NCBI GenBank assembly: GCA_963778605.1
Contig: CAVZVF010000001.1
Span: 857,757 to 921,756, forward strand
Origin: an uncultured Bacteroidales bacterium
GTDB lineage: Bacteria; Bacteroidota; Bacteroidia; Bacteroidales; VadinHA17
Direction: 5' to 3'
Length of the DNA stretch: 64,000 nt
The first letter of the stretch is position 1. Every line of letters begins with the position of its first letter. Shown here one piece after another: positions 1 to 8,624 of this stretch. Under the pieces are notes generated by a model that saw only the letters and a program-made list of their open reading frames with translations, was not told where the DNA came from and searched no databases. The translations under genes were made by a program, and so were the position numbers.

Positions 1-1082
1 CCCTGATCCGAAGCATAGATAACAATGGTATTTTTATCGAGACCGTTTTTCTTCAGGAAGTCAAGAACCTCTCCAACACTCTTATCAACTGCTGCTATGC
101 ATGCCAGGTAATCCTGCATATAGCGCTGGTATTTAAAACGGACCAGGTCATCGCCGGATAGATTGGCTTCATAGAAGCTTCTGATTATTGGATCATAAAC
201 ATTATCCCATGCTTTTAACTGTTCAGGGTTCATGCGGTTAAGGCCGGACATTTTCATCTTTGACCTGTCTTTGTACATCTTAAGATCTTCTTCGATACGC
301 ATGGTTTTTGCAATAGTCATGTCCTGTGTTTTCTCGGCAGTACCACGATTGGAATAGTCATCAAAAAGTGTTGCAGGCTCAGGAAATGTAACATCTTTAT
401 AAAGAGATAATTCATTTGGTCCTGGCTGCCACTCACGGTGGGGTGCTTTATGATGCATCATAAGCATGAATGGTTTTCCGGAGTTTTTTACCTCGTTTAA
501 CCACTCCAGACATTTTCTGGTAATAATTTCAGTTACATATCCTTTCTCGATATGTTTCCCATCTTTGGTGATAAAATCAGGGTTATAATAATTCCCCTGC
601 CCTGGCAATATATCCCAATGGTCAAACCCTGTAGGGTCAGATCCGAGATGCCATTTGCCAATCATTGCCGTGTTATAACCTGCCGTTTGTAGGAGTTTTG
701 GGAAAGTTTGCTGCGAGCCATCAAATGGAGCCTGACCTTCATTTCTGATAAAACCGTTAAGGTGGCTGTATTTACCTGTCAGAATTACAGCCCGACATGG
801 GCCAGATAGAGAATTTGTTACAAGACAACGGTTAAATCGCATTCCGTTAGCTGCTATCCTGTCTATATTAGGAGTTGGCGCCAGGTCTTTTAACGGACCA
901 CCATAAGCGCTGATGGCCTGATAAGCATGGTCATCGCTCATAATATAGACGATATTGGGACGAGACTTTTGAGCAGGTACTGATTTAACCTGGTTCTGTC
1001 CATGAAGCGGTCCGCTGATCCCCATACCAATGAAAGCTGATAAACCACTGTAAATAAGTGTGTTGGATGCCGTGCTAATCAT
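1..1082 (-). CDS. Sulfatase family protein, partial (about 360 N-terminal codons; C-terminus lies beyond the window start)
   Basis: Manual minus-strand translation from ATG (rc of 1080-1082) gives [62 protein letters not shown]... It also contains [15 protein letters not shown] (S-x-P-x-R formylglycine-type motif) and GKWHLG. The frame is open to the window edge. It is absent from the ORF track because no stop lies in the window. Confidence 0.85.
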   Translation of the reverse strand, partial: MISTASNTLIYSGLSAFIGMGISGPLHGQNQVKSVPAQKSRPNIVYIMSDDHAYQAISAYGGPLKDLAPTPNIDRIAANGMRFNRCLVTNSLSGPCRAVILTGKYSHLNGFIRNEGQAPFDGSQQTFPKLLQTAGYNTAMIGKWHLGSDPTGFDHWDILPGQGNYYNPDFITKDGKHIEKGYVTEIITRKCLEWLNEVKNSGKPFMLMMHHKAPHREWQPGPNELSLYKDVTFPEPATLFDDYSNRGTAEKTQDMTIAKTMRIEEDLKMYKDRSKMKMSGLNRMNPEQLKAWDNVYDPIIRSFYEANLSGDDLVRFKYQRYMQDYLACIAAVDKSVGEVLDFLKKNGLDKNTIVIYASDQ

Positions 1083-1181
1083 AATATTAAGAGTTATTAA
1101 TTTGTTAATCCCTGTCAAACCATTTTTTTGTTTATTCTCTGGCGTTGTATATTTACCGGAGCCAAAATAAGGGTCTTGTAA

Positions 1182-2759
1182 TTAATCTTTATCCAGAAGC
1201 TTAAACCTCCACTTTTCGTTAGCTGATCTTTGATGTTCTGCCAGGACTATTTTGTGTACCTTTTCAATTATTTCAGGATGCTGCCCTGCAATGTTTTTAG
1301 TTTCGCCGGGATCGTTTTTAAGATCAAAGAGCTCGAATCCGGCATTACCTTTATGCATATTCTTCCTTAAAGCTTTGAAATTCCCAATTATAACAGCCTG
1401 TTGTCCACCCGATTCCGGGAATTCCCAGTAGAGGTATTCATGTTCCTTCTGTTTTTTACCTGTTAATTCTGACAGAAAGCTTATTCCATCAGCATCTTCA
1501 GGAGGTTTTATTCCAGCTATCTCGCAAAATGTAGGAAGCACATCCCAAAAAGCAGAGATATGGGATGAAATGGTTCCGGATTTGATTTTACGGGGCCAAC
1601 TGGCAATCATTGGAACTCTTATCCCCCCTTCATTAAGGTTACCCTTGGCAAATCCCTGTTCGCTTCTGAATGGACCACCACTGTCGAACCATGGAGAGTC
1701 GGTTCCTCCATTGTATGTGGGACCGTTGTCGCTTGTAAAAACTATCAAAGTGTTTTCATAGATCCCAAGATCCTTAAGCTGAAGTATCAGTTTCCCAACC
1801 TGATCATCAAGGTATGAGATCATGGCAGCATATGCGGCATGCGGGTAACGTTGCGGAAAATACCCATTGTCTCCTGTATATGGTTTCTCATCTCCGAATT
1901 TATTTACATAATAATCAATCCATTTCTTAGGCGCCTGAAGAGCTGCATGCGGGATAGGTGTTGCCCAGTATAGAAAAAATGGATGGTCCTTATTATCAGT
2001 CACAAACTCAGTTAATTTCGTGAACATCTTATCAGGAGCATATTCAGTCAGGGAATAAGCTGAATAATGTGCCTGGTCAAAGGGGTCTGCATCTTTGTTC
2101 AGGATAGCATGTGGAGGTACTGTATCATTATTAAGGAAAACCCGGTGTTCATTTTCATATAAAAACACCGGGTAATATGTATGAGCCATCCTCTGGCAAT
2201 TAATGCCATAGAAATAATCAAATCCCATCTTCGTCGGGATGCTTTCAGTCTGTGGAGCTCCCAGTCCCCATTTACCAATCATTCCGGTTTTATAGCCACC
2301 CTTTTGCATCAGCTTTGCAATGGTCACAGTTCCAGTCTCCATTGGCCGTTGTCCCTCGAGGGTCGAATCAGCGATCATTGCCCTGTAGTTACGTACATCT
2401 CCTCTTTCACCCCATTCATCATTACCCCGTACCTGTGAATGACCGGTGTGCTTTCCGGTAAGAAGGACACAACGTGAAGGGGCGCTTACCGGAGAGCCAC
2501 AGTAATGTTGGGTGAATAACATTCCACTGGCAGCAAGTCCGTCAATGTTGGGAGTCTCTGTTTTTGTTTGACCGTAGACGCCTAAATCGCCATATCCCAG
2601 GTCATCAGCGAGAATATATATGATATTTGGTTTGTCTCCGTTTTTCTTTTCTGAAGGATTTTCTCCTGTTTTGCAATGAACAAGTAACGCACTGATTCCA
2701 AGAATCTTTAAAGTTGTAAGATTACAGAAGGGCATATTAAAGTTCTTTTTTTTAAACAA
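1182..2759 (-). CDS. Arylsulfatase-type sulfatase, secreted
   Basis: 525-aa intact ORF with an N-terminal hydrophobic signal. Contains PNIIYILADDLGYGDLG, the SAPSRCVLLTGK motif (Ser-type S-x-P-x-R) and GKWGLG. Confidence 0.9.
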   Translation of the reverse strand: MFKKKNFNMPFCNLTTLKILGISALLVHCKTGENPSEKKNGDKPNIIYILADDLGYGDLGVYGQTKTETPNIDGLAASGMLFTQHYCGSPVSAPSRCVLLTGKHTGHSQVRGNDEWGERGDVRNYRAMIADSTLEGQRPMETGTVTIAKLMQKGGYKTGMIGKWGLGAPQTESIPTKMGFDYFYGINCQRMAHTYYPVFLYENEHRVFLNNDTVPPHAILNKDADPFDQAHYSAYSLTEYAPDKMFTKLTEFVTDNKDHPFFLYWATPIPHAALQAPKKWIDYYVNKFGDEKPYTGDNGYFPQRYPHAAYAAMISYLDDQVGKLILQLKDLGIYENTLIVFTSDNGPTYNGGTDSPWFDSGGPFRSEQGFAKGNLNEGGIRVPMIASWPRKIKSGTISSHISAFWDVLPTFCEIAGIKPPEDADGISFLSELTGKKQKEHEYLYWEFPESGGQQAVIIGNFKALRKNMHKGNAGFELFDLKNDPGETKNIAGQHPEIIEKVHKIVLAEHQRSANEKWRFKLLDKD

Positions 2760-2882
2760 TTATATAAAATTTACCTGACAACATAAAGGTTATTGAAATA
2801 AAACTTAATTGAATATGTTCTCGCTTATTCCTTAAAGATACACTTTTCATCGTCAACGGAGGGGAGATAACACAAGGTCATT

Positions 2883-3758
2883 CTATTGTACAATATTTTC
2901 AATGAATTGCCGGGCTTTCCTGGCTTCAGAGTTGATAAATGAGAGATCCCCTTTGGACAAGCATTCGACAATAAGCGGCCCCTTTTTAAAGCCACCCTTT
3001 TTCAGCTGCTTCATAACGCCAGGGAAGTCGACCATTCCTGTCCCGGGTGTCACATCTACATCTTTTGGCATCCGGAAATCCTTAACACTCATTCCTGCTA
3101 CCAGGCCGTTGACCTCTGAAGCATCGTCAACCGGATTTAGTTTTCCATCAGAGTAATAGTAAATATTGCCCGGATCGTACCAGAGACGAAAGTTCTTATG
3201 ACCCACTTTATCAATCAGGGGACGGCACTCCCGTCCTGTGGAATTAAGAGGTCCGTGAGGTTTAACCGTTATACCTACTCCCTTGCCGGCAGCATAATCG
3301 CAGCACTCAGCAACGACTTTGTAATAATTTTCAACAAGGTCCGGATTTGCTATGCCACCCAGTAAAAGATTAGGACAACCACAAATTGAGGAGTTATCTA
3401 TCAGCCTCTTAAACTCTGTTATACCTGTTGCAACGGATTTCCTTACATCGAAGCTCCCATATATAGATCCGATTTTGAGGTCCCGCGACTTCGCATCCTC
3501 ACCTATTGATGCTGCTTGTTCGGGTGAGGTGTCTTTTGTGATGACATACCCCGATTTGGAGGTCATGAGACCTGCATACCTGAAACCGGCTTCAGCCATA
3601 GCGTCAAATGCTACCCGATAATCGTATCCGGCCCATGGCCTCGTAAAACAGCCTATTTGCCATCTCGGGGTTTTGGCTGCGGAAAGTACCGCAATTCCAG
3701 TGGTTGCAACAACAATTTGTCCTATAAAATGACGGCGGGTGATCGGATTTTTTCTCAT
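2883..3758 (-). CDS. Sugar phosphate isomerase/epimerase-like (xylose isomerase-like TIM barrel) protein with Tat signal
   Basis: ORF 2883..3899. The start is moved to the internal ATG at 3758 (MRKNPITRRHFIGQIVVATTGIAVLSAA), which gives a twin-arginine signal. The 47 upstream codons look non-coding. Family assignment is from overall sequence recollection. Confidence 0.75.
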   Translation of the reverse strand: MRKNPITRRHFIGQIVVATTGIAVLSAAKTPRWQIGCFTRPWAGYDYRVAFDAMAEAGFRYAGLMTSKSGYVITKDTSPEQAASIGEDAKSRDLKIGSIYGSFDVRKSVATGITEFKRLIDNSSICGCPNLLLGGIANPDLVENYYKVVAECCDYAAGKGVGITVKPHGPLNSTGRECRPLIDKVGHKNFRLWYDPGNIYYYSDGKLNPVDDASEVNGLVAGMSVKDFRMPKDVDVTPGTGMVDFPGVMKQLKKGGFKKGPLIVECLSKGDLSFINSEARKARQFIENIVQ

Positions 3759-4241
3759 AATGTAGTAATTATTTGTTTTTTGTGATCCTAAGTTGCTTTT
3801 TTGCCTGTTTTGTAAGATTTCTGTGCCCCCGGTAATGCAACGGCACGCTGATCTGCCTTCTATATAAGCATCCTGGGCTCCGTTTCGTATGCATTGCATA
3901 TAGTCCGGAAAATAATCGGGTCCTTTGACAGGTGTAACCTTAATTTCACCTTTTATGTATGTGTTAATAATTCAATATTAAATGGTCCCCTAAAGGTTTC
4001 TGATAGGGTTATTTATACAATATATTTACTAACATTCTAAAAACCTTATTTGATTACCAGTTGTTTTAAATAATTAACATGACAGATAAAAGTAAAAAAA
4101 TAATACCAAAGATTGATCAATTATTTAAGGGTCGAATTAAAATTTTTCAGGTTACAGAAATAAGCAGAACAAATAAACAATTTGTTGTCGGCCAAAGCCC
4201 CCAACATATGAGACATCCGTAAATTAAATTATCGGTAGCCT

Positions 4242-4484
4242 TTGATAATAAAAGATGAAATATCGAAAAAGCGAAATGATTTTATTAATTTGTGTAAAAA
4301 TCACAAAGTAAAATACTTATATACTTTCGGATCATCTGTTTCAGAAAAATTTGATCCTGATAGAAGTGATGATGATCTTTTGGTTAAACTTGCCTCTAAA
4401 GATCACATCCTGTTTAATTATCATATGAGAAGCAATATAACTGTATTTATTCTGGCTGATATTGTCATCTTTATTCTGTTTTAG
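4242..4484 (+). pseudogene. Nucleotidyltransferase-fold (MNT/Pol-beta-like) N-terminal fragment
   Basis: 80-aa ORF with a TTG start. KYLYTFGSSVSEKFDPDRSDDDLLVKL resembles the GS...D.D motif of minimal nucleotidyltransferases. The remainder is low-complexity and there is no HEPN partner. The surrounding region is AT-rich. Confidence 0.3.
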
Positions 4485-4569
4485 TTACAAAATACTTCAA
4501 ATATTCTCAACGATGTTGTTCCGCATCTGTGAGTCTGGCATTGGTTTGAAATATTAGGGTTCCTTTAAA

Positions 4570-7062
4570 CTAAAGTTCGACTAAAACTGGATTTTTGGAT
4601 TCAGTTGAAATTCCCTTTATTTCTTTTTTTGAAATCCCTTCACCTACAATTATGGAATAGATCCCTTTCTGAAAGACTTTAGGTTTGAATGAATCTTCCT
4701 TCATTCGGACTACATAAACTAATTCACCCTTATTATTTATAACCTGAATAACCTGATTGGGCTTGTTGACTTTTATTTCCGGGAGGTATGCCACAGCCTT
4801 TCTTCCGTAATTATCCATCTGGTTGATGGTTACCGGCCAACCGGAAATCTGATCATTTTTACTCGGATATTCAACATTGGCCATGAATTTCCAGCAGTCT
4901 ATTTTAATATCCCTGGACTTTTGATCCAGGGTAACCAAACCAAATCCGGAACCCCGTTTGTCTGCCTGTATGTACCGGTTTTTCCAGTTCAGTTGTTTAT
5001 CAGGATTTCCGTAAGCATAGATAAAGTTTTTGTTGCCGAATGCATCTTCATATTCGCCGGTATTCGGTAATCCGTGATCAGGGCGCTCTTTGACCTTCCA
5101 ACCCAGTTCATCAGGAAGGAACGCTCTTGGATAACCAGTTGAAACTGCGGGAACACAGAAACACCAGTCCGCGTCTTTATAATTATCCAGCCCATACTGC
5201 ACAAGCGAGGCCGTGTGCTGATCGCCGGCGATGTGGAATACGAAACCTTTACGCATAATTTTGATGGCTTTGTCTCTGCCGTTTTTTGGCCATCCTCCTG
5301 AGTCAAGATCTCCCCGGAGAAATTCCATCTCCGGTCCGTGGTTCGTGGCAACATTGGCAAATATCGTTTGTGAAAGCAATACTTTCATATCGGCTCCATG
5401 CCAGTAGGTGATCCACTCTTTCAGAAAATTAATCTGGCGGTCACCCAGCAATTTCAATCCCGGCTTTTCCAGTTTTGAAGGACTTACCGGGATTGTCAGA
5501 TGATCTTTCCTTCCTTTCCAGAAGGCTATGTTTTCGGGTCCGCTTTTGAATATGCGGTCGCTAACCAGTGCAAAACTCACTCGTCCATAGGTAAAGTCAG
5601 TGTACCAGACACTCATCCCGTCATCTATCGGGGTTGGGTCATACGGATCGGGGAGGTTTCCTCCCTGAATGCGGTTGATCATGTTGATCATTCTTGTTGG
5701 TTGGATGAATCCTCCCACACTGCCTAATTCTAACGTGTCTGTCATAGGTTTTCCACCTTCGCCCCAAATATTTCCCTGATCAATGTCATGGTCGTCAGGG
5801 CAGCATACGGCAGGACGATCGCGCATCAAGTTGCCAAAGGCCCAGCCAAACATATAATATTTGCCCAGGTAATTAACCATTGATCTTTCAACAGGTTTTC
5901 TAATGATAGGATAACCACCGTTTTCCTCATAGATCTGATCGCCGGAAAAAAAGAGAAGGTCCGGGTTGAGATAAGTCATATTTTTAATTAGCGGGGAATA
6001 AGGATAACCATTCCAGTTCTGTCCGGTCATTCCGGCTACTTTAAGCGGCCGGTCAACCGGATCTCTGCGGATGGTACCCAGATAATAACTTTCTTTTCCT
6101 GTGCCATCTTTCCCTTTTTCTGTGTATTCAACCCGAAAACCAACATCTTTTGATGAATCCCATTTGTCCATTATGAATATTGCTGCCCTGGAGTCTGGCT
6201 CAATGGCTTCTGTTTTCACTGTTTCCCATTGTCCGTCCTTATTCAGTTGAAGATTGACTTCCTGATTATCGTTCTTTCCAATAGGAGGAAGGAATGCTTC
6301 CAGCTTAACCTTACCCTTGTTTAAGGTGTACATGGTCCAAAGTACAGGGCCAAAGGCATTATCAGTCCTTTCAGTTACCTTTGAACCGGAAAGCTCCAGG
6401 CTGTCAAACCAGAATGTTGATTTCCCCGGACTTTCATTGCCTGGCTTTAGGTTTGTGGCTAATGCGACAAGGCCTTTCAGGCTGTCTGCATCACATCTGA
6501 TTATTTCAGGGGATTTCCCTTTGTCATCGGTGATTTTCAGGGATAATGAATGACCATCACCACTTACACTGACCGTAAATGCATTCCAATCAAAGTCTTC
6601 CGGCAGTTTTACCTGTTTGTCCTTCAGGAAGGCAAAACCTGAGAGGCTGACCCCTGCTTTAATGCCCTTACCATAATAACAGGCAGCTTTGGCACTTGAA
6701 TCTATCGGATCATAAATTCCTACCAGAAAACCGGCAGAACCTGGGATATTACCTTTTTGGATCAGCCCCATTTTTGCAGAAAGTTTAAAATTTCCATCAT
6801 TCGGCGAAAGTGTATAGGTCAGCAGATTAACCCTGGATCCAGGAATTACCCCGACAGATTCCACCCGCCCGTTACTGACTTTCCAGTCTTCGACAGGAAT
6901 GGACCAAAAATCCTTTCCTATCCAGATACGGTTATTAGTGTTGTTGAAATCAGCCCGGAAACTTTTTTTTTCTTTATTCGGGCCGGAACATGCAATCAGC
7001 AAGATAAAAAATATTGCTATGTTGATGTTTTTCAATTTGTCAGGATGAATGAATCTTTTCAT
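4570..7062 (-). CDS. PhoD-like metallophosphatase family lipoprotein with a large N-terminal domain of unknown function
   Basis: 830-aa intact ORF with the lipobox LLIACSG. Metallophosphatase-type motifs are present: CCPDDHDIDQGNIWGEGG and HIAGDQHTASLVQYG. Confidence 0.7.
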   Translation of the reverse strand: MKRFIHPDKLKNINIAIFFILLIACSGPNKEKKSFRADFNNTNNRIWIGKDFWSIPVEDWKVSNGRVESVGVIPGSRVNLLTYTLSPNDGNFKLSAKMGLIQKGNIPGSAGFLVGIYDPIDSSAKAACYYGKGIKAGVSLSGFAFLKDKQVKLPEDFDWNAFTVSVSGDGHSLSLKITDDKGKSPEIIRCDADSLKGLVALATNLKPGNESPGKSTFWFDSLELSGSKVTERTDNAFGPVLWTMYTLNKGKVKLEAFLPPIGKNDNQEVNLQLNKDGQWETVKTEAIEPDSRAAIFIMDKWDSSKDVGFRVEYTEKGKDGTGKESYYLGTIRRDPVDRPLKVAGMTGQNWNGYPYSPLIKNMTYLNPDLLFFSGDQIYEENGGYPIIRKPVERSMVNYLGKYYMFGWAFGNLMRDRPAVCCPDDHDIDQGNIWGEGGKPMTDTLELGSVGGFIQPTRMINMINRIQGGNLPDPYDPTPIDDGMSVWYTDFTYGRVSFALVSDRIFKSGPENIAFWKGRKDHLTIPVSPSKLEKPGLKLLGDRQINFLKEWITYWHGADMKVLLSQTIFANVATNHGPEMEFLRGDLDSGGWPKNGRDKAIKIMRKGFVFHIAGDQHTASLVQYGLDNYKDADWCFCVPAVSTGYPRAFLPDELGWKVKERPDHGLPNTGEYEDAFGNKNFIYAYGNPDKQLNWKNRYIQADKRGSGFGLVTLDQKSRDIKIDCWKFMANVEYPSKNDQISGWPVTINQMDNYGRKAVAYLPEIKVNKPNQVIQVINNKGELVYVVRMKEDSFKPKVFQKGIYSIIVGEGISKKEIKGISTESKNPVLVEL

Positions 7063-7186
7063 TTTATTCTCGTTTAGTTAAATTTGGACTCCTGTTTTCA
7101 GTGTTGCAATACCTGAATTCTGATTTTAAAACTATCGCGGTTAATTTAAGCTAAAACGGTTATTGTTAATATATTTTTAAGCTTTA

Positions 7187-7449
7187 TTATTTCGGTGCTC
7201 TGCACCTTTAATGTCTTGTGCTTGTGCTTATCTACAAATATTATGGTGCTCTGCACCATAATATATTAACCTTCAGTCAGACTCAATCCGGTTATTCGTT
7301 ATTTACCTTTATATATCAATAGCATTCATTTACATTCAATTAATCCGGCATTGTGAACATTATTGGTAATATTAAAAGCAGCAGAGCTGCGAAATATTTG
7401 TAGAAATGCATTTGTATTATGACACAAAAGGTGCAGAGCACCGAAATAT
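7187..7449. repeat. REP/REPIN-like cluster: a ~76-bp two-hairpin unit present twice in inverted orientation
   Basis: Hairpins GGTGCtctGCACC lie at 7194-7206 and 7245-7257. Inverse copies lie at 7430-7442 (GGTGCagaGCACC) and 7378-7390 (GCAGCagaGCTGC). Flanking strings tatttcGGTGC...ttt and ctacaaatatt are also conserved in inverse orientation. The cluster abuts the 3' end of the RAYT gene. Confidence 0.8.
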
Positions 7450-7929
7450 TTAATCCCAACCATGAACCTCATCAAAGAATTCAAAGACATATTCATTTTT
7501 AAATTGCACGTTGTTCTTCTCCAGGATTTCAAAATACTCTTCCCTGAATGGCTGTTTTTTATGATGCTCTTCCTGAGTTAAAATATATTTTGCCACCAGG
7601 TCTATTTGGGAATGAGAATGTGTGAAAGCTCCATAACCTTTCTGCCATTCAAACTTAAATTTTGATAACCTTTTCCCTTTAATGATTTTATTGGATGATG
7701 TTTTAATTTCTTCAACAAGATCTGGTATCAGCTGATTTACATTATAACCTGTCAAAATATGAATATGGTCAGGCATTGTACCTATTGCCAGCATTTTATG
7801 CCTATGGTTTTAAACAATTCCTGTGACATACCTTTCCAATTCATCTTTCCATTCCCTTCTTATCAATGCATCGCGATTTTTTACTGAAAAGACTATATGG
7901 AAATAGCATTGAGTGTAAGTGTTGGCCAT
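7450..7929 (-). pseudogene. REP-associated tyrosine transposase (RAYT; IS200/IS605 Y1 HUH family) interrupted by one in-frame TAA
   Basis: Manual translation from ATG at 7929 gives MANTYTQCYFHIVFSVKNRDALIRREWKDELERYVTGIV*NHRHK. It continues in the same frame into the tracked ORF 7450..7794 (MLAIGTMPDHIHILTGY...KYILTQEEHHKK). The HUH motif HIH and the Y-x-x-x-Q-x-x-HH motif are present. The stop codon is the rc of 7810-7812. Confidence 0.8.
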
Positions 7930-8043
7930 GGTACTGTAAATTTAAATTTTAATAAAAATACATCATAAATATAGCATGCAACATCCAAATTAAAAAATCA
8001 TTCCTTATTACTTTAGGGTTTCAGAAGCTTTTTTTAAAAAGTG

Positions 8044-8120
8044 CGTAAAACAGGAAAATATTGCTATATTGATGTTATTCAATTTGTTAGGATGAATGAA
8101 TCTTTTCATTTTATTCTCTT
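8044..8120 (-). repeat. Diverged duplicate (~92% by eye) of the 5' end and upstream 20 nt of the PhoD-like gene (matches 7005..7083)
   Basis: Direct alignment by eye: aatattgctatAttgatgttAttcaatttgtTaggatgaatgaatcttttcattttattctc versus the same string at 7010-7070, with 6 mismatches in ~77 nt. It encodes MKRFIHPNKLNNINIAIF..., then runs into unrelated sequence and a stop. Confidence 0.8.
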
Positions 8121-8195
8121 TCAGTTTAATATTAACTAATCAGTGCCTGGAGTTTGGAGATCGAAAAATGTCTAAAGTTAATACTTACAGATGAA

Positions 8196-8430
8196 TCAGT
8201 TTGTTTTATAAACGGAGACTACATTTAAAATCTGTAACACATTTTGATCATTTTTTATGGCAGTGTCAATAATGGGTCTCAGAATAGCAAATTTTCAGCA
8301 GCACTTAATATTTTGAAATGCCGGATATTTTAGTTTAGCCTTGACATTGCTGATTGCTCTTTCAGAACCATTATTATCAGGTGGAACATCCGGCATCTTT
8401 ACTCGTTTTGTATCGCACCAGTTAATGATC
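8196..8430 (-). mobile_element. IS66-family transposase C-terminal remnant (frameshifted)
   Basis: Minus-strand translation gives WCDTKRVKMPDVPPDNNGSERAISNVKAKLK. After a frame change it gives KFAILRPIIDTAIKNDQNVLQILNVVSVYKTN*. This matches the DNN-x-ER-x-IR and C-terminal region typical of IS66 transposases. No DDE core is present. Confidence 0.6.
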
Positions 8431-8624
8431 AAGCTGTTTTATTTTTGCTTTCAGCAATCGATTCGCCGTGCCTGTATCTTAAAGGTGACCTTCAACTTTT
8501 AAATGATTATTTCATCAGAGGTCTCCTTTTCTTATATTGCAATGCTGACCCTGCGATGGGGGGAGTAACTCTCTGAATAACATAATATTAATGACCACTA
8601 ATAATTCATTTTTTATTGAGAGTT

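Noticed and set aside
4079-4222. 47-codon ORF (MTDKSKKIIPKIDQLFKGRIKIF...) in the AT-rich gap upstream of the nucleotidyltransferase fragment
   Set aside because: It is too short, has no recognisable motif, and sits in AT-rich sequence where chance ORFs are common.
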